A stretch of 62,333 nucleotides of DNA, counting the filler. It is 16 parts of 16 records of this genome, joined end to end, with 100 filler letters (N's around TTAATTAATTAA, not from the genome) between each part and the next. Parts side by side here need not be neighbours in the genome. Positions count along the whole stretch, not along the records: positions 22,521 to 25,754 come from SRR9670534_389; positions 25,855 to 32,385 come from SRR9670534_397; positions 32,486 to 34,665 come from SRR9670534_398; positions 34,766 to 40,544 come from SRR9670534_399; 12 more parts are not named here. One strand, written 5' to 3'. Numbering within the stretch: position 1 is the first letter of the stretch; the number at the start of each line of letters is the position of its first letter. A model generated the notes under the pieces. That model was given only the letters and a program-made list of their open reading frames with translations. It had not been told where the DNA came from and did not search any database. A program made the translations under genes and the position numbers. Shown piece by piece: positions 25,162 through 38,352 of the stretch.

Positions 25162-26270
25162 GCCAGGTCAGAAGGTAATTAATAAGGATATTTAACGAGT
25201 AGTATTATGTATTACATAAAATCATTTCTCCAATACCAGTTTTTCGGTATGATCTTTTCTCGAAACTATTTACAGTTAATGAGCTAGATAGTAGTTTCCT
25301 TGAAAACAGATATACAAGGTAGTATCCTAAATATTTAACAAATGTAAGTATGATACTGTATAAACAAAAGATACATCACAAAATGGTGTAGGGATGTAGT
25401 ATAGAATAGGTACACTGTGTACCAACATGGAGTTAGTCTCTCTTCTAACTCCATGGTGTACCAATGTGTGCTTGAAGTACAGTACACTAATACATATGTA
25501 CAGTACACTAATACATGTACAGTACACTAACACATATGAAGTATAGTACATTAATACATGTACACTAATACATATATATTACACTAATCTATGTACAGTA
25601 CGCAGTGCGTACTAGTAGTGCGGTACTACGCACCATTCGTTATCATTATCATAATAATTATGACAACTTGCAATATCTCCCCCTTTTGTAGGTATGTACT
25701 TACTTGGATAATTAGGCAGCAGCTATATAGGCCAGCCTCTGCTATACTAAATAGNNNNNNNNNNNNNNNNNNNNNNNNNNNNNNNNNNNNNNNNNNNNTT
25801 AATTAATTAANNNNNNNNNNNNNNNNNNNNNNNNNNNNNNNNNNNNNNNNNNNNCTGTATATAGCTAGAATCTGAACAATAAACTAATGAACTAATGTGC
25901 TGTGGATGTACGCGTGAAGTTATAGGCTATAATAAAAAATGACCATTTTTTACTTTTGAGGTCAGTAAATAAGTAGGTATTCACTGCTTCTGAATGATAT
26001 GTATTACCAAAGTGCATGTGCAATATATCGTTTGAAAGAGAAATAATTACCTTTTCAAATGAACCTGCAAACAATGCACGTGCATGAACACGTGCAAAAT
26101 AATAAGCTGCCAAATTATTGGGCCAAAAATAAAACTTATATTTATAAGTATGACTATATCGTTTTAAAAAGATTCTTACCTGGGAATGTATAAATTATCT
26201 GATAGACTAATCATTACCTTAGTTACTGCTAAGTAGATGGTTGTTATTCTATCTGTTAACAGTAGTAGCT

Positions 26271-26299
26271 CATGGACCACTTTACAGTAGTGGTCCATG
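26271..26299. mobile_element. 29-bp minimal TIR element or footprint (P-superfamily-like) with 7-bp target-site duplication
   Basis: AGTAGCT-[CATGGACCACT-TTACAGT-AGTGGTCCATG]-AGTAGCT: 11-bp TIRs and identical 7-bp flanks at 26264-26270 and 26300-26306. Confidence 0.6.
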
Positions 26300-26966
26300 A
26301 GTAGCTAGAAATCACGAAATAAATAAATAAATAAACAATTTTTATTACAAATGCATAATCAACTTTTCTGTTTAACTTGTTAAAATATCTTATAAACTAT
26401 GTTTAAATTAGAACTTTTTAGTCATTTAGTCATTTTTTAGTCATTTAAAATTTTATTCCCTGTCATACTTTTAGCATCTTTAATTCCAACAGCAGCTACA
26501 ATAATAATAAATTGAAATTCAGGCGTTATGGCCTTAAGCAATTCCATAATACTTTTATTGACAAACTACTTAAATACTTATTAATTAACCTTAGCAAAAA
26601 ATGTTTTCAATAGTACAAAAAGATGATACAAATAAGATGATACTTAAATATTTAACATAATATTGGATACCTGAAGATAAAAATCTATAATAAATCTATA
26701 AAAAAAGCATCAGATATGACAACTATTTACTACAATATTATCAGAAGTAAATATTTAATCTACCAATGAAATTCTTCTCTACCATAACGTGAGATTGCTA
26801 TGATACAAAATCTTGAAATATTGGAAAAACCCATAAAATGATGTCAACAGTCTGCTTCATAAAGACAGACAATTAAGTATTGATATAAAATTGAATTATT
26901 ATAAATTTTGGAATGTAGCAATTAAAAATTGGAATGCATGCTAAATAAAAGCAAAGTATATTATCA

Positions 26967-29900
26967 TTAAACTTCATCTCCCTCGTAATCTTCGTCCTCG
27001 TCTGGGGGTTCATCATAATAACCATGCTCACCCTCATCTGTACGTGGGTAGCTATCATGGTCACTGCCCAAACCCGTTTTTTCATCTGGTACATCATCTG
27101 CATCTTCATCGTGATATCTGCAATGGTTCAGAATTACGGTTAATTCGTAATATATTCGTAATTGTAATTATCAAGAGCCATTTTTGTAAACATTAATACA
27201 TAAAAATAACCTCTTTTGACATACCTTGATATTACGTAACATTAAACAAATATCAATAGACATTAATTAGACATATAAAATCAGTTGCTACAAAATTAAT
27301 TAATACAAATAACCTTAATTATTAAATAAACTAGAACATTAGTCATTGCCTTAGCATTATTAAATTAATAATATTAATGTATCATAACATAGTAACATTA
27401 ATTACGGTAAACTAGCAAAAACAATTATTTTCAGATATTTGAATACAACTATTATTACATTACATTTGTTAGTTAAAATTTATAGAAAGTAATGACAATA
27501 TTTCAAAATAATTAGTGATTACATCATTTGCTGGGAAGAATGATCTGGCTGTCTTGTTGGAATAGCCTTTTTATCGTCAGTCAACTTTCTCTTTTGTCTA
27601 ATTACACAAACAATCAAAGCCACCAGAACAATTATACCAATAACCACAAAAAGTCCCACAAACCAAATACTACTAGTAGCAAGTTGAGTTGAAGAACCAA
27701 TGCCTTCAGTTTGGACATACTCTGTACCAGAAGCAGTTTCAAAATCTCCAGATTTGGCCACAGCTCTAACTTCATATTTCGTGCCAGTTTCCAAATTTTC
27801 AACATTAATCCATCGATAATAGCTTTCTTCATTGCTTATAAGCCAATCATTGGTATGATATTGACGATATTGAATAAAAAATGAGGCACCTGGATTTACA
27901 TCTGCAGGAGTTATACTGATATTTACGTTATTGGTTCCAAAAGATTCTATTTGGAAACTGGGTACATATGGTGCTATAAAGAAACAATTAATTAACAACA
28001 ACCAATGGTAAAGTTATTACACGTCATACCAACTGGTTCAGCAGTTGCCAATTCACCAAAGTTTGCAAGGCCAAGAACAGTCTTACCATCAACTACAGCT
28101 AAGGCATGAACATAAACTCTATATTTGGTACTACGCTTTAAACCTCCAAGAATTAGCATCTTTTGTTCTGGATCCGTGATATCTGGTACATGTCTTTGCA
28201 GAACGCCAAGTTTTGTAAGACCATCCTCAACTGCAATACAAAAATTCGATCATAATATAAGGTTATAGTGAACTTTGAAAATTAATAACGAGTTTGTGTC
28301 AATATTATATTGAAATTAACAAAATTTGGCTATTTCAAATTGTTTCCTAAGTTAGGAGTCCTAAGACATCAAAAATCTACTCAGAATTAATCGAAAATGA
28401 AAATTTTAAAAATTTTTACAATTTTAAAATTTTTAAAATTTTCTAAAATTTCCAACAATGTTTCGATTTTTGCAATAGTTATCAAAATCCCAACAAACCT
28501 TGTTGATAGAAGACTGCATAGCTAGTAATATCATTATTGGGATCAGTTGGTTCCGTCCAAGTTACTTTGAACGAAGTAGCATCACTGTGAGTAATCTCCA
28601 AGTTATTAACTGGTCCAGGTACTCCAGGATCGGTAAGAAAGTATTCCAGATTTGAAGCAGAACTTTGATAGTATCTTGTCATATACCTAATTCTAGACTG
28701 ATACTGGGTGTTTGGTCTTAGCATTGTTAAAGTGTAGTTGGTAGTCTCTAGACCATCAACAATTTCATAGTGCCAGTAAAGACTTCCACTAGTTTCCACA
28801 GGTTGATATTCTATTTTGAAACCAACCACTGTAAAAGATTCAAATGTACCAGCTACTGTCCAACTGAAGCTAGCAGAAGTAGGACCAATTGAAGACTGAT
28901 CAACTTTAAAATTTTCTGGAGATGCTGATGAAGGCTCTGAAAAAATAAGCGTTTTGACTCGAAGTTTCAAACTGTACTTAAAAATATTCTAACTTTTAAT
29001 AATAATCATAATTTCACGAAAAGTTTTAAAAATGCTGAATAATAATTACCATCTTCTCCACTGTAACCATATACAGAGTCAGGACTAATTGCGCAATCTC
29101 CCATTGAATTAGTACTTTGAACCTTAACTTCAAAAAGTACATGAGATTCAACTCCACTAACAGGTTGTTGAGACTGTTTGTAATCCTCAACAACTTCAAC
29201 TTCAAATGCCGCATCAGAACCTGCCAATCTGTGATAAATTTTGTACTTGAAACCTTTTGCGTAATGGTCAACTACCGGCATAGGTTCCCATTTAATTAAT
29301 AGTTCACTGGGCTCACTACTTTCAATTCTAACATTTGAGGGATTTCTGCCAGGAACAGTTTCCATATTTAACAAGTTACATTCACTGATGGGTGTTGAAT
29401 CACTAGCTACACTTTGACCAACCAGGTTAATGGCAATTATTCGAAACCTACAATTAACAGCATAGTTAGTGACACGTGAGGCGATAAAATGAGCACAAAT
29501 GTAGTAAATTGAAAATTAAGGATAGCGTCAATTACGTGTATTGGGAGTATGGAGTCAATCTGGCATGTACAGGACTATTAGTAATGTCTTTTCCATAAAT
29601 CAGATATTGCAGACAATCATTATTATCAGCAACAGCTTCACCGTCTGAAGTGTCTATTCCATAGCAGGGATCATCCAATTCCCAATCAACATCTATTTCA
29701 CTCCATTTGGAAGTATCCCAATTTGTAGTTTGCTGCACAATATACCTAAAAATTTAGCTTAAATTCAAGCATCACATCTAAGTAATTCTTAAAAAAGTAC
29801 CTAATTATAGCAGCTTGGTTGGAGTCAGGTACTTGCCATTCAATTTCTGCGGTATCAGAGGTACAAATGACTTCGAGGTCATAAGGCTGATCTGGGATAG

Positions 29901-32205
29901 CTTGAACAGTCAACGTGGCACACGCCCTGTCTTCGTCGTAATCTGTGTAGGCCTTACAACAATAATACCCAGCATCATCTTCTTCAATCGAGCTAATTAT
30001 TAGAGAATGATCTTTAGGGTGGGTCCAAGCTCGACCAAATTGATCATAATCAATTTCTGTGTCATCTTTTAACCATGCATAGCGCAATTCCAAGGAATAA
30101 TCTGCTTTTGCTAAAACGACACATAAATTGTGTTCATAAAAGGTTTAGGTATGTATTTGTATATATTTACATTTTAACAATTGCTTGAAATTTCAAAAAA
30201 TTAAATGTTTCTTACCTCTGCATGAAAATTGGACACTATTGCCATCTTGACTGACCAAATCCTCTGGTCGAATTTCTTCCATAATGACTGTTTGATCTAA
30301 ACATAGCATTCATAAAATCAATAAATATTCTCACTAAGTAATGCTCTATCGATATATATATATATATGTTATGCACTACATGTATTTGAGTAGTTTATGT
30401 TAATAAATAAATGGTTAGTAGCAACTGTTTTATTCACATAATATGATATGGATGGTTCACCAGAAAACTTGATGGCTAATAAGCAAGATCAAGAAACGTA
30501 CCAAAGAAATAATACAAGAAAGAAATCTCGATTAAAACTTGCTCTAAAGATCGTCATTCCTATTGCATTAATTATTATAGTTGTATTAATCGTAACCATC
30601 ATCCTTGTAAAAAGGAAATCTGGGTCTGGAAAAGACCAAAAGGAAGATGAAGAAGACTGCAATGTGTGTAGTATGTTCGCCATGGCAAGGTCGAATGACG
30701 AAAATGGTAAACCGATATTTATTAAACAATGATAAATCAATAATTAATAAATATGCTTATTATTAAAGACTGGAACGATTATAATTACTAACTACCTCCC
30801 TTTATAATAGCTATTATAAATTTAATTGATAATTATAAATTATAATTTATAATCTTTACTATAATCGATAATATCAGCATTTTTAATAATAATGGTTATC
30901 AATTAGGATGAATTATAAACGTACCAAGAACTTTCAAATCTCCAGTAGCTTCAGCCTCTCCGATGGCATTTTTCGCTCGACATGTGTAAGTACCTTGGTC
31001 AGCTTTAGAAACTCCCTATAAATAACATATCAAATTTCTTTTAATAAATTGTATGTAATAATAAAATGATTGAAACCTTTATGATTAATCCTGTGTCCGT
31101 AATTGTGTATCTCGATCCACCAGAAATTTCTTGACCTGCTCGAATCCATGTTATAATAGCCTTTGGAGCTGAGAAAACCGTGCAGTTTACGTAAGCATCA
31201 TTTCCAACTACTACCTTGGTAACTTCTGGCGGCGCATTTGTTATTACCGGTTCACTTTCTATAAAAGAAGGACATGTACATGATGTACTACATGGGGTAC
31301 ATGAGGTACAGACTTTACCGTACAGTACATGATGTACCTATGCAATTCTCATGTTCATAGAAAGAAGAAAATATTACCTAGAATGTTGACGTAAAAATTG
31401 TGGAAACAATAACCGTAGGTGTTGGTCATATTAATTTGAAAAACACCAGTATTTTCGATTTTAATACCATCAATTTTGATTACCACTGATTGCTCCATTG
31501 CTACTTCATCAGGAGATTTGGTAATTAGTTGGATGTTATCATTTGGAGAAACCAAATCTAAATAGTTTTAGGCTAAGTAGAGGAAAAGCATCGTTACCTT
31601 ATTAAGCAGTACTTTTAACTTCAACTCCATTAAGCGTAACATTAGTTTTGAACGGCAATGGATTGCTTTTACAAGTTGCAGTAAATTCATAGGAACCTCC
31701 TTCAGATGTTAACAAATTTTGGGGTTGCTCAATCCAGTATGGTGGATCTTAATAAAATCTTTTACACAAATATCTACTAAGGTGGGATGTTAAACTTACA
31801 TCCGACTTCCAAAATGTAAGAATAAAGAGATGGAGATCCAATGCCATTTTCGCCCTCACATTCGTACGTTCCTGCATAACTTTCAGTAATGGATGGTAAA
31901 ACGAGAACAGAATCTGAAAAGTCAAAGGTATGTGCCGGTAAGTCCTGCGAGTTTCCGTCCGGATCTTCAAAAGTCCATGTTATCTGGAACGGGAAAGATG
32001 ACCTAGAATGCCAAGAATAAGTATCCTACTGCCAACATATAACTATATTTGTGCTTGTAAAATATAACACAAGATTCATGCATGACACGAAATAGTACTT
32101 ACTTCTGTGAAAAAATGCAATAAAATTTGACTTCAGTACCAACAGCGTATTTTACTTCTCGCTGGGTGTTATATTCAAGCGTTGGAGATCTATCGCCAAC
32201 TGTAT
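26967..32205 (-). CDS. L1/neuroglian-family cell adhesion molecule (4 Ig + 5 FN3 + TM visible; 5' end lost at contig edge)
   Basis: 14 GT-AG exons in frame from 32205-32103 to 27117-26967. Motifs: YAGTYECEGENGIG, PPYWIEQP, TGVFQINMTNTYG, DQGTYTCRAKNAIG, DAGYYCCKAYT, LTPYSQYTFRIIAINLVG, YGYSGED, and TM WFVGLFVVIGIIVLVALIVCVI. Confidence 0.9.
30448..30732 (+). CDS. Small single-pass membrane protein (94 aa) nested antisense in a CAM intron
   Basis: Complete ORF inside the ~30296-30924 intron. Basic N-terminus, ~22-aa hydrophobic helix, acidic stretch with CNVC. AATAAA at 30746. Confidence 0.6.
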   Translation: MDGSPENLMANKQDQETYQRNNTRKKSRLKLALKIVIPIALIIIVVLIVTIILVKRKSGSGKDQKEDEEDCNVCSMFAMARSNDENGKPIFIKQ

Positions 32206-32639
32206 CTAAAAGTTAGTTAAAATGCAATAAAACTCGCTACGTTTATTAGTACATAATTGTAGTGACACTATAGTACTGCTAAAATAACAGTTACCATGGT
32301 ATTACTACTGCATCTTGAAAAGAGTGTAAATTTTATTAAAAATTACAAATCATTTTCATACAGGGTGTTCAATAAATACCTGACANNNNNNNNNNNNNNN
32401 NNNNNNNNNNNNNNNNNNNNNNNNNNNNNTTAATTAATTAANNNNNNNNNNNNNNNNNNNNNNNNNNNNNNNNNNNNNNNNNNNNTTATGTGATTTTATA
32501 TAATGTATAGATTTTGTTATTATAGAGGATTATGATCAAGTAGAGTAGATATGAATGTGAGACTGATGAGATTGTAATAACGTTGAACATAGTCGTATGA
32601 TTAATAAATAAAGTTTGAAGCAATTTGAAGAACCACTCC

Positions 32640-33550
32640 AACCTACTTGTATGTCATCAACTACTTTCTTTCTTGTGGTAGGGTGCCACATCTTTAGCTA
32701 GGTTTATGTAATTTTTTCTTTTTAGATGTGAAGCTAAGCACAGAAGCTAGCAGTTACTGTTGGTCTATACTAGGAGCCACCTCAAACATGCTGGGAATAG
32801 GTGGTCAATTTTCTCTTTAACATGCTCCTGTTTGGATTGATATGGCTGGTTCTACATCTGGCATTGATTATCTTTGCCACTCATAAGCTGTAAGACATTA
32901 CTTTCAATTATAGATAAATTAATTGTTTTTTTATATTACATATATTTCTAGTAATAGTAATTAATAATAGCATAATTTCCAGATAAACCTTAAAATTTAA
33001 AATTAATAGGTAAGTTTAATGTATTCAATTTGAATTGCATATAATAAAATTATTAAAATTAGCATCTTTTGTAAAATAGCAAAAAATGCTGTATATTCTT
33101 ACTTTTATTATTAATGTTTTTTCAAATTCAATTTCCAAATTTTAAAGATTATTAGTATTTAAAGACTATGCTATTTTTGATATTGTGCATACTGAATATT
33201 TTCATGCTTGGAGCATGGAATTTCTACTCCACTACCACCAGAGAGGCCTTCTTTTGGAAGGAAGAGCCCAGCCTTCTAAAGATGGTAAGTATAATTATGC
33301 ATCTTTAGCTAGTTTAATATATTTTTTCTTTTTAGATCTGGAGCTATGTTTTGAAGCTGGCAACTGCTGTTGGTCTGCACTAGAAGTTATCTTAGACAAC
33401 CTGAGAATAAGTGGTCATTGTCTTGGACCTTCCCTTGTTTGGGCTAGTATAGCTGGTTCTGGCTCTGGCACTAATCATTTCTACCATTCATAAGCTATAA
33501 GAAATTACTTTCAATTATGGATGAATTATTTGTTTTTGTATTGCACTGAT
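32640..33550 (-). pseudogene. Two diverged tandem copies (~600-bp spacing) of an acceptor plus exon-like segment with stop codons
   Basis: 32690-32940 aligns with 33300-33545 (e.g. CATCTTTAGCTAG, TTTTTCTTTTTAGAT, TTGGTCT, TCATAAGCT..AAGA.ATTACTTTCAATTAT). In-frame stops in both copies. Confidence 0.45.
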
Positions 33551-33786
33551 AATAATAGTAAACATTACTATTATCAGTAAAAATGTTATATTAATATCCT
33601 ATTAGTAATAAAAAACATTGCCTTTTTAAAAAATTACAAAAATTTTAAATTTTTCATTTTTTAATTTATTATTTTTGTGGCATTTTTTTGTAATTGCATA
33701 AAATTCATAAAATGTCTTAATATTGATAATAACTATACAATTATGTTAAATTGCTAGTAAATAATTTATGCTATACTGTATAAACA

Positions 33787-33862
33787 TTAAATTCTATGTT
33801 TTGCTTTTGCTATTAAATTCTATGTCTTGCTTTTGCCATTAAATTCTATGTTTTGCTTTTGC
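33787..33862. repeat. 26-bp tandem repeat x3
   Basis: TTAAATTCTATGTTTTGCTTTTGC(TA/CA) repeated. Confidence 0.85.
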
Positions 33863-35064
33863 AAAGATTATTAATAATTATCCTCAATATAAACTATAGA
33901 AAATAATACATAAAACTCATGTTATGAATGAACTATTTTACTAATGAAAAAATAAAATGCTTTAATAACAAATTTCTGTTTAGGAATAAACATAACATAT
34001 TAATAATAAATTCAGTTATTATCAAAAATAACAGAATATGGCCAATATATGCACAGTTCTTTTATAATTTGCCTACTTTAGAACTTGTTGATTGGCAGAT
34101 TAAATTTCAATGTTTTTCAAATACATTGTATAAAATCAAAAATATAATCTACAAAAAACAGTAACAGTAATTGGCCACAAAAAGACTTTATGTAAATTAA
34201 TGGTAGTAACAAATCATGTTGGTCTTCATTCTTTTTTGTATGTTGGTCCACATGGTGAATTTCATATTTATAAACCAAGGCTGAAAAATTATATAAAACT
34301 GTGCATGCTGAAAATGATAAATTTTAAAAAAAATAATGTTTTTTATTTTAAATAATAGAAAAGGAAGATTCTCATATCATTTGCTAATTCAAATATCATT
34401 TGATTGTATAAAAATACTTTGGCATCTAAATATTCCAACTGAGCTAAGCAATTATAACATTTTATTCTAGGAAATCATCTAAAAATGTTATTAAAATTAC
34501 CCATGCTACTAATAAATGAGATTGTTTTATGATTTTGTTGGAAGATTTAGTTATAATTTAAGTTCTGAAAATCCTTTAGTGAAAAATTGTCATAAACTCG
34601 ATGTTTTGCTTTATTTCATACTTTAAGCTATTTTTTGTCAATTATTATACCAATGATTTATTATTNNNNNNNNNNNNNNNNNNNNNNNNNNNNNNNNNNN
34701 NNNNNNNNNTTAATTAATTAANNNNNNNNNNNNNNNNNNNNNNNNNNNNNNNNNNNNNNNNNNNNGATTGAATTTACATTCTACATAATACTCAAAGAAG
34801 ATGAGATGATATATATAATATATGAGAAGATAATATATATTCTTCGTCTTAATCAATTGTTTAACAATAATAACCTATTAATAACTATTTACAGTTAATA
34901 ACAAGTATTTAAAGTTAATAATAATTTAATTGTAATATAATAATGTTTTATTAATAACAATTAAAATATACATTGTTAAAATTTTTTAATAATGAATATG
35001 GTTTTATTATTAACAAACTATGGCTAATTTTATCGTAATAATTAATTTTAAAATATCTACTTAC

Positions 35065-35304
35065 ACTAATCTTGTCAATATTTTTCAAAAAGCTTCGAGA
35101 AATATTGTTGAAATTAATATAACGTCCGGGAGTCATATTTTGTGTTGTTACATCATCGGGTATAAGAAGTTGTTTCTTTCTATTTGTATCTTCTATAAAC
35201 CTTTCCAAACCATGTTCCTTTGCAACATACAGCAGTATTGCAATACAAGAAACAGACACAATAAAATTTCTAAAACTGATTTTTGACAGCAATTTAGTAC
35301 ACAT
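35065..35304 (-). CDS. First exon of an unidentified type II membrane (Golgi enzyme-like) protein
   Basis: Short basic N-terminus, TM (FIVSVSCIAILLYVA), stem region, strong AGT|GTAAGT donor at 35064. No later exon before the contig end. Confidence 0.5.
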
Positions 35305-35901
35305 GATAGCGGCAGCAAGAGATAAACAAAACTAACACCTTCCTCCAGGTGAAGGAAATTAGAATATAGCTGCTACGAAGGACATAATAATCCTAAATGT
35401 CATAAAAGTGGTGTTTATGTTATTGTTTCTTACCAATTGTGAATTACTATTGTCTAAAAATCACAATGAATTTACTATTATCAAATGCTTACTGTTGACA
35501 AAATTCTGGTAGTGATCCATATATGGATAATAGATCTCATTATATTGTTATTACATTGTATACGGTAGTAAAAGTTCAAGTATGTATAATAAAGGAAATA
35601 GGCTTAGCATTTTATTGTAACTGTAAATTGTTGATTCCTACCTGCTAAGTTTAGCTATCACGGAATACATTGTTGAATGTTCCATACTTTTTTATTGTGC
35701 CAAAGATATAAACAACCTGTGCTACACAAAATTACATGACCACAACATAGGAGATGGCTATAGTTAGTGAATGAATTATCAAATTCAGGCAAGGTAGCGT
35801 AGAGACAGTAAGACAAACGACAATTTAAATCAGACATAAATTCAAGCTTATGTCTATAAAATCACTCTAAATCTTAAAAATATCACAGGATAAGGAGAAC
35901 G

Positions 35902-38352
35902 TTAGTCTGATTCATCTTGAAAACCAAGCTTCTTTTCCAAAACTGTTTTAACATCTTTTTCTACCAAAAGCGCTTTTATGATGTCATCTAAAAGGTAAAA
36001 TATGGTGATGATGGTAGGTTATTACATAGTTAATCCATGAAATATCATGGATACCTTTGTTCATGGATTTCAACATTTGTTCCAAATTTGCAGTTTGTTC
36101 ATTGTTGTTATTTATTAATAAGCACTAAATTTTAAAAACAATGAAAAAAATATTTAAAATTATTTTAAAATGTTAATAAAATTTAAAATGTTAATAAAAT
36201 ATTTAAAATAATATTAAAATTTACACAAAAAGTTTATATGAACACATAATAATTAATAATGATTGCGAGACACATATTTTCTTACATCTTCTGCTGAAGT
36301 ACCTTCTCTAACCTTTTCATGGATTTTTGGATATGCCAATTCCACGGTGACGCTACTTGCATCCTCATCTTTGTTATTGGTGCTACTAGTTATGACTATG
36401 GGATCTTCATTTGAATTTCCTCGAGGAGGTTCGTCGACGTTATCCTTTTGTATTCCATGTCCATTAGCTGAAGTTGTTCTGGGGTAATTTTTGAGAAACT
36501 CCTGATGCTCCATTTCAGCGTTCTGGTATAACTTTGCTCTCAAGAAGTAATCACCCCAATTCTTTGTTGATGCTGCTTGCTGCAGAGCTGGGTGGATTAG
36601 ACTAGCTGCGGCTGCAGGATTTAGCCAGGGATTCCAATTCCATGGTGCAGCTGCTGGATTAGCATTAACACCTGCATAAGCTCCAGAAAAGAATCCGTAT
36701 GGGTTCATTGATAAAGCAGATTTAGGAGCACTACTTTTTGCATATTTAGCATGACTTTCAATTTCCGAAAATGCTCCAGGAAAGCGTTTACGATCTTGGG
36801 AGACCTTAACAGGTGCTTCCATACGATCATAGTCTGCGTCAGGTAAAAGCTTCTTTTCATATATAGGCTTTCTTTTCACCATTGAAGGAGATTCGATATT
36901 ATTGCACTCTTTAATAGGACTGGTCCTAGATAAATATTAAAATAAATCATTATATAATCAAGTTATAATAAATATCTACCAAACAACTGAGCCATTTGCA
37001 AGTATAACAAAATGGCTAAAAGATGTTATTAATAGAGGCATCTATTTACTCATTAAAGATACAATAGTTTGCCGCTTCTAAAAAAGATGTCTCTATTAAT
37101 CGGAAACTTTGCTGTTAATGATAAAACATGTTCTATTACATGTGTGTTGAATAATTAATATAATTAAAATAGAGAATAGGACAGTTATTATTAAACTTTG
37201 CATATTATATGAATAATCTAACACTAATAATTCAGTAGGACTTTACAAAGTGTCGTTATCATTATTATTAATACAACAAAAATGGAATATTGATGTTTCC
37301 CTAAGTAACTTCTATCTTGAAAGTAAAAGTAGACATAATTAGGAACTGTCGTAAGATCACAAAATGACAAAAACATGTTCAGTAAATAGCAAGTATGTCT
37401 AAATAAGTTATAAAATACCAACTTACGTAGACGTTGGTGAAATCTGTTGACAAGCGGTGCCGGATATTGGTCTCTTACGTGTTCCACCATTAAACATAGC
37501 CTTAACATCTTCCCAAATACGACTTATTTCATCTGCGGACTTCTGACTATTACTAGTATTTTCCAACAGGGAAATATGCCTTCTCCATGAATTGAAATTG
37601 CTTGCATCTGGTTGGGTATATTTAGAATTCGCTAATCGATGCGAATGGAAGATGAACTTATTTGGTGAAAAGAATTGTTCACAATAGACACATTTTATGC
37701 ATTTAGCTCTTGAACTGTTGTACCTATGTTAATAATAATAATAATGCAATAATAAATAAAAGATAAAATTTTATGTGATCAAACAACTAATGTCACAATA
37801 AATTACAACATTACCTTTGGGGAATAAATTGCCCTCTACACCCCCATGCAGATTCGTGGTAAACTTCAAAGTAAAACCCATCTGGTAACTGCGGTGGTTC
37901 GTTGTCCTGAAGAAAACTCTTGCACAACCTTTCAGCTTCTCTTTTGGTGATCATTCCACATCTTCTTGAAGTGACAGGCATGGCACCAGCTCTTCGCAAT
38001 ATTTCCAATTGAACAGGTGTGCATTGGACACACGTAATTCCTAACGCCACTCGTCTGTTATGTATCTCATTGTAAGAATAGCCCTTCAACAATGTGTTAG
38101 AGATTTGAGCCAAGCATAATCTCTCATGACCACCCATTGTTAGCGCAACAATTGGCTCGCCGTAAAGTACAACGCGGCCAACGCTATTTTCCTTTAGTAA
38201 TGAAATAGCGTCTCTACTGGCTGAAAAACAAATTTTAATAAATATTAAATCTCACAGGATGATTTCTTACGTTGTTCCTCAACATCAATGGAATCATTGT
38301 CAAAACTGCCTTCAAAATCAACTTCTTGAGGATTGGGCTCATTTCCCGCCAT
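35902..38352 (-). CDS. SKOR: SKI-family transcriptional corepressor SKOR/Fussel/CORL
   Basis: Exons 38352-38271, 38220-37815, 37723-37427, 36925-36286, 36124-36055 and 35987-35902. DHD motif ERLCLAQISNTLLKGYSYNEIHNRRVALGITCVQCTPVQLEILRRAGAMP. SAND motif RYNSSRAKCIKC..FSPNKFIFHSH..WEDVKAMFNGG. C-terminal coiled coil. Confidence 0.95.
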
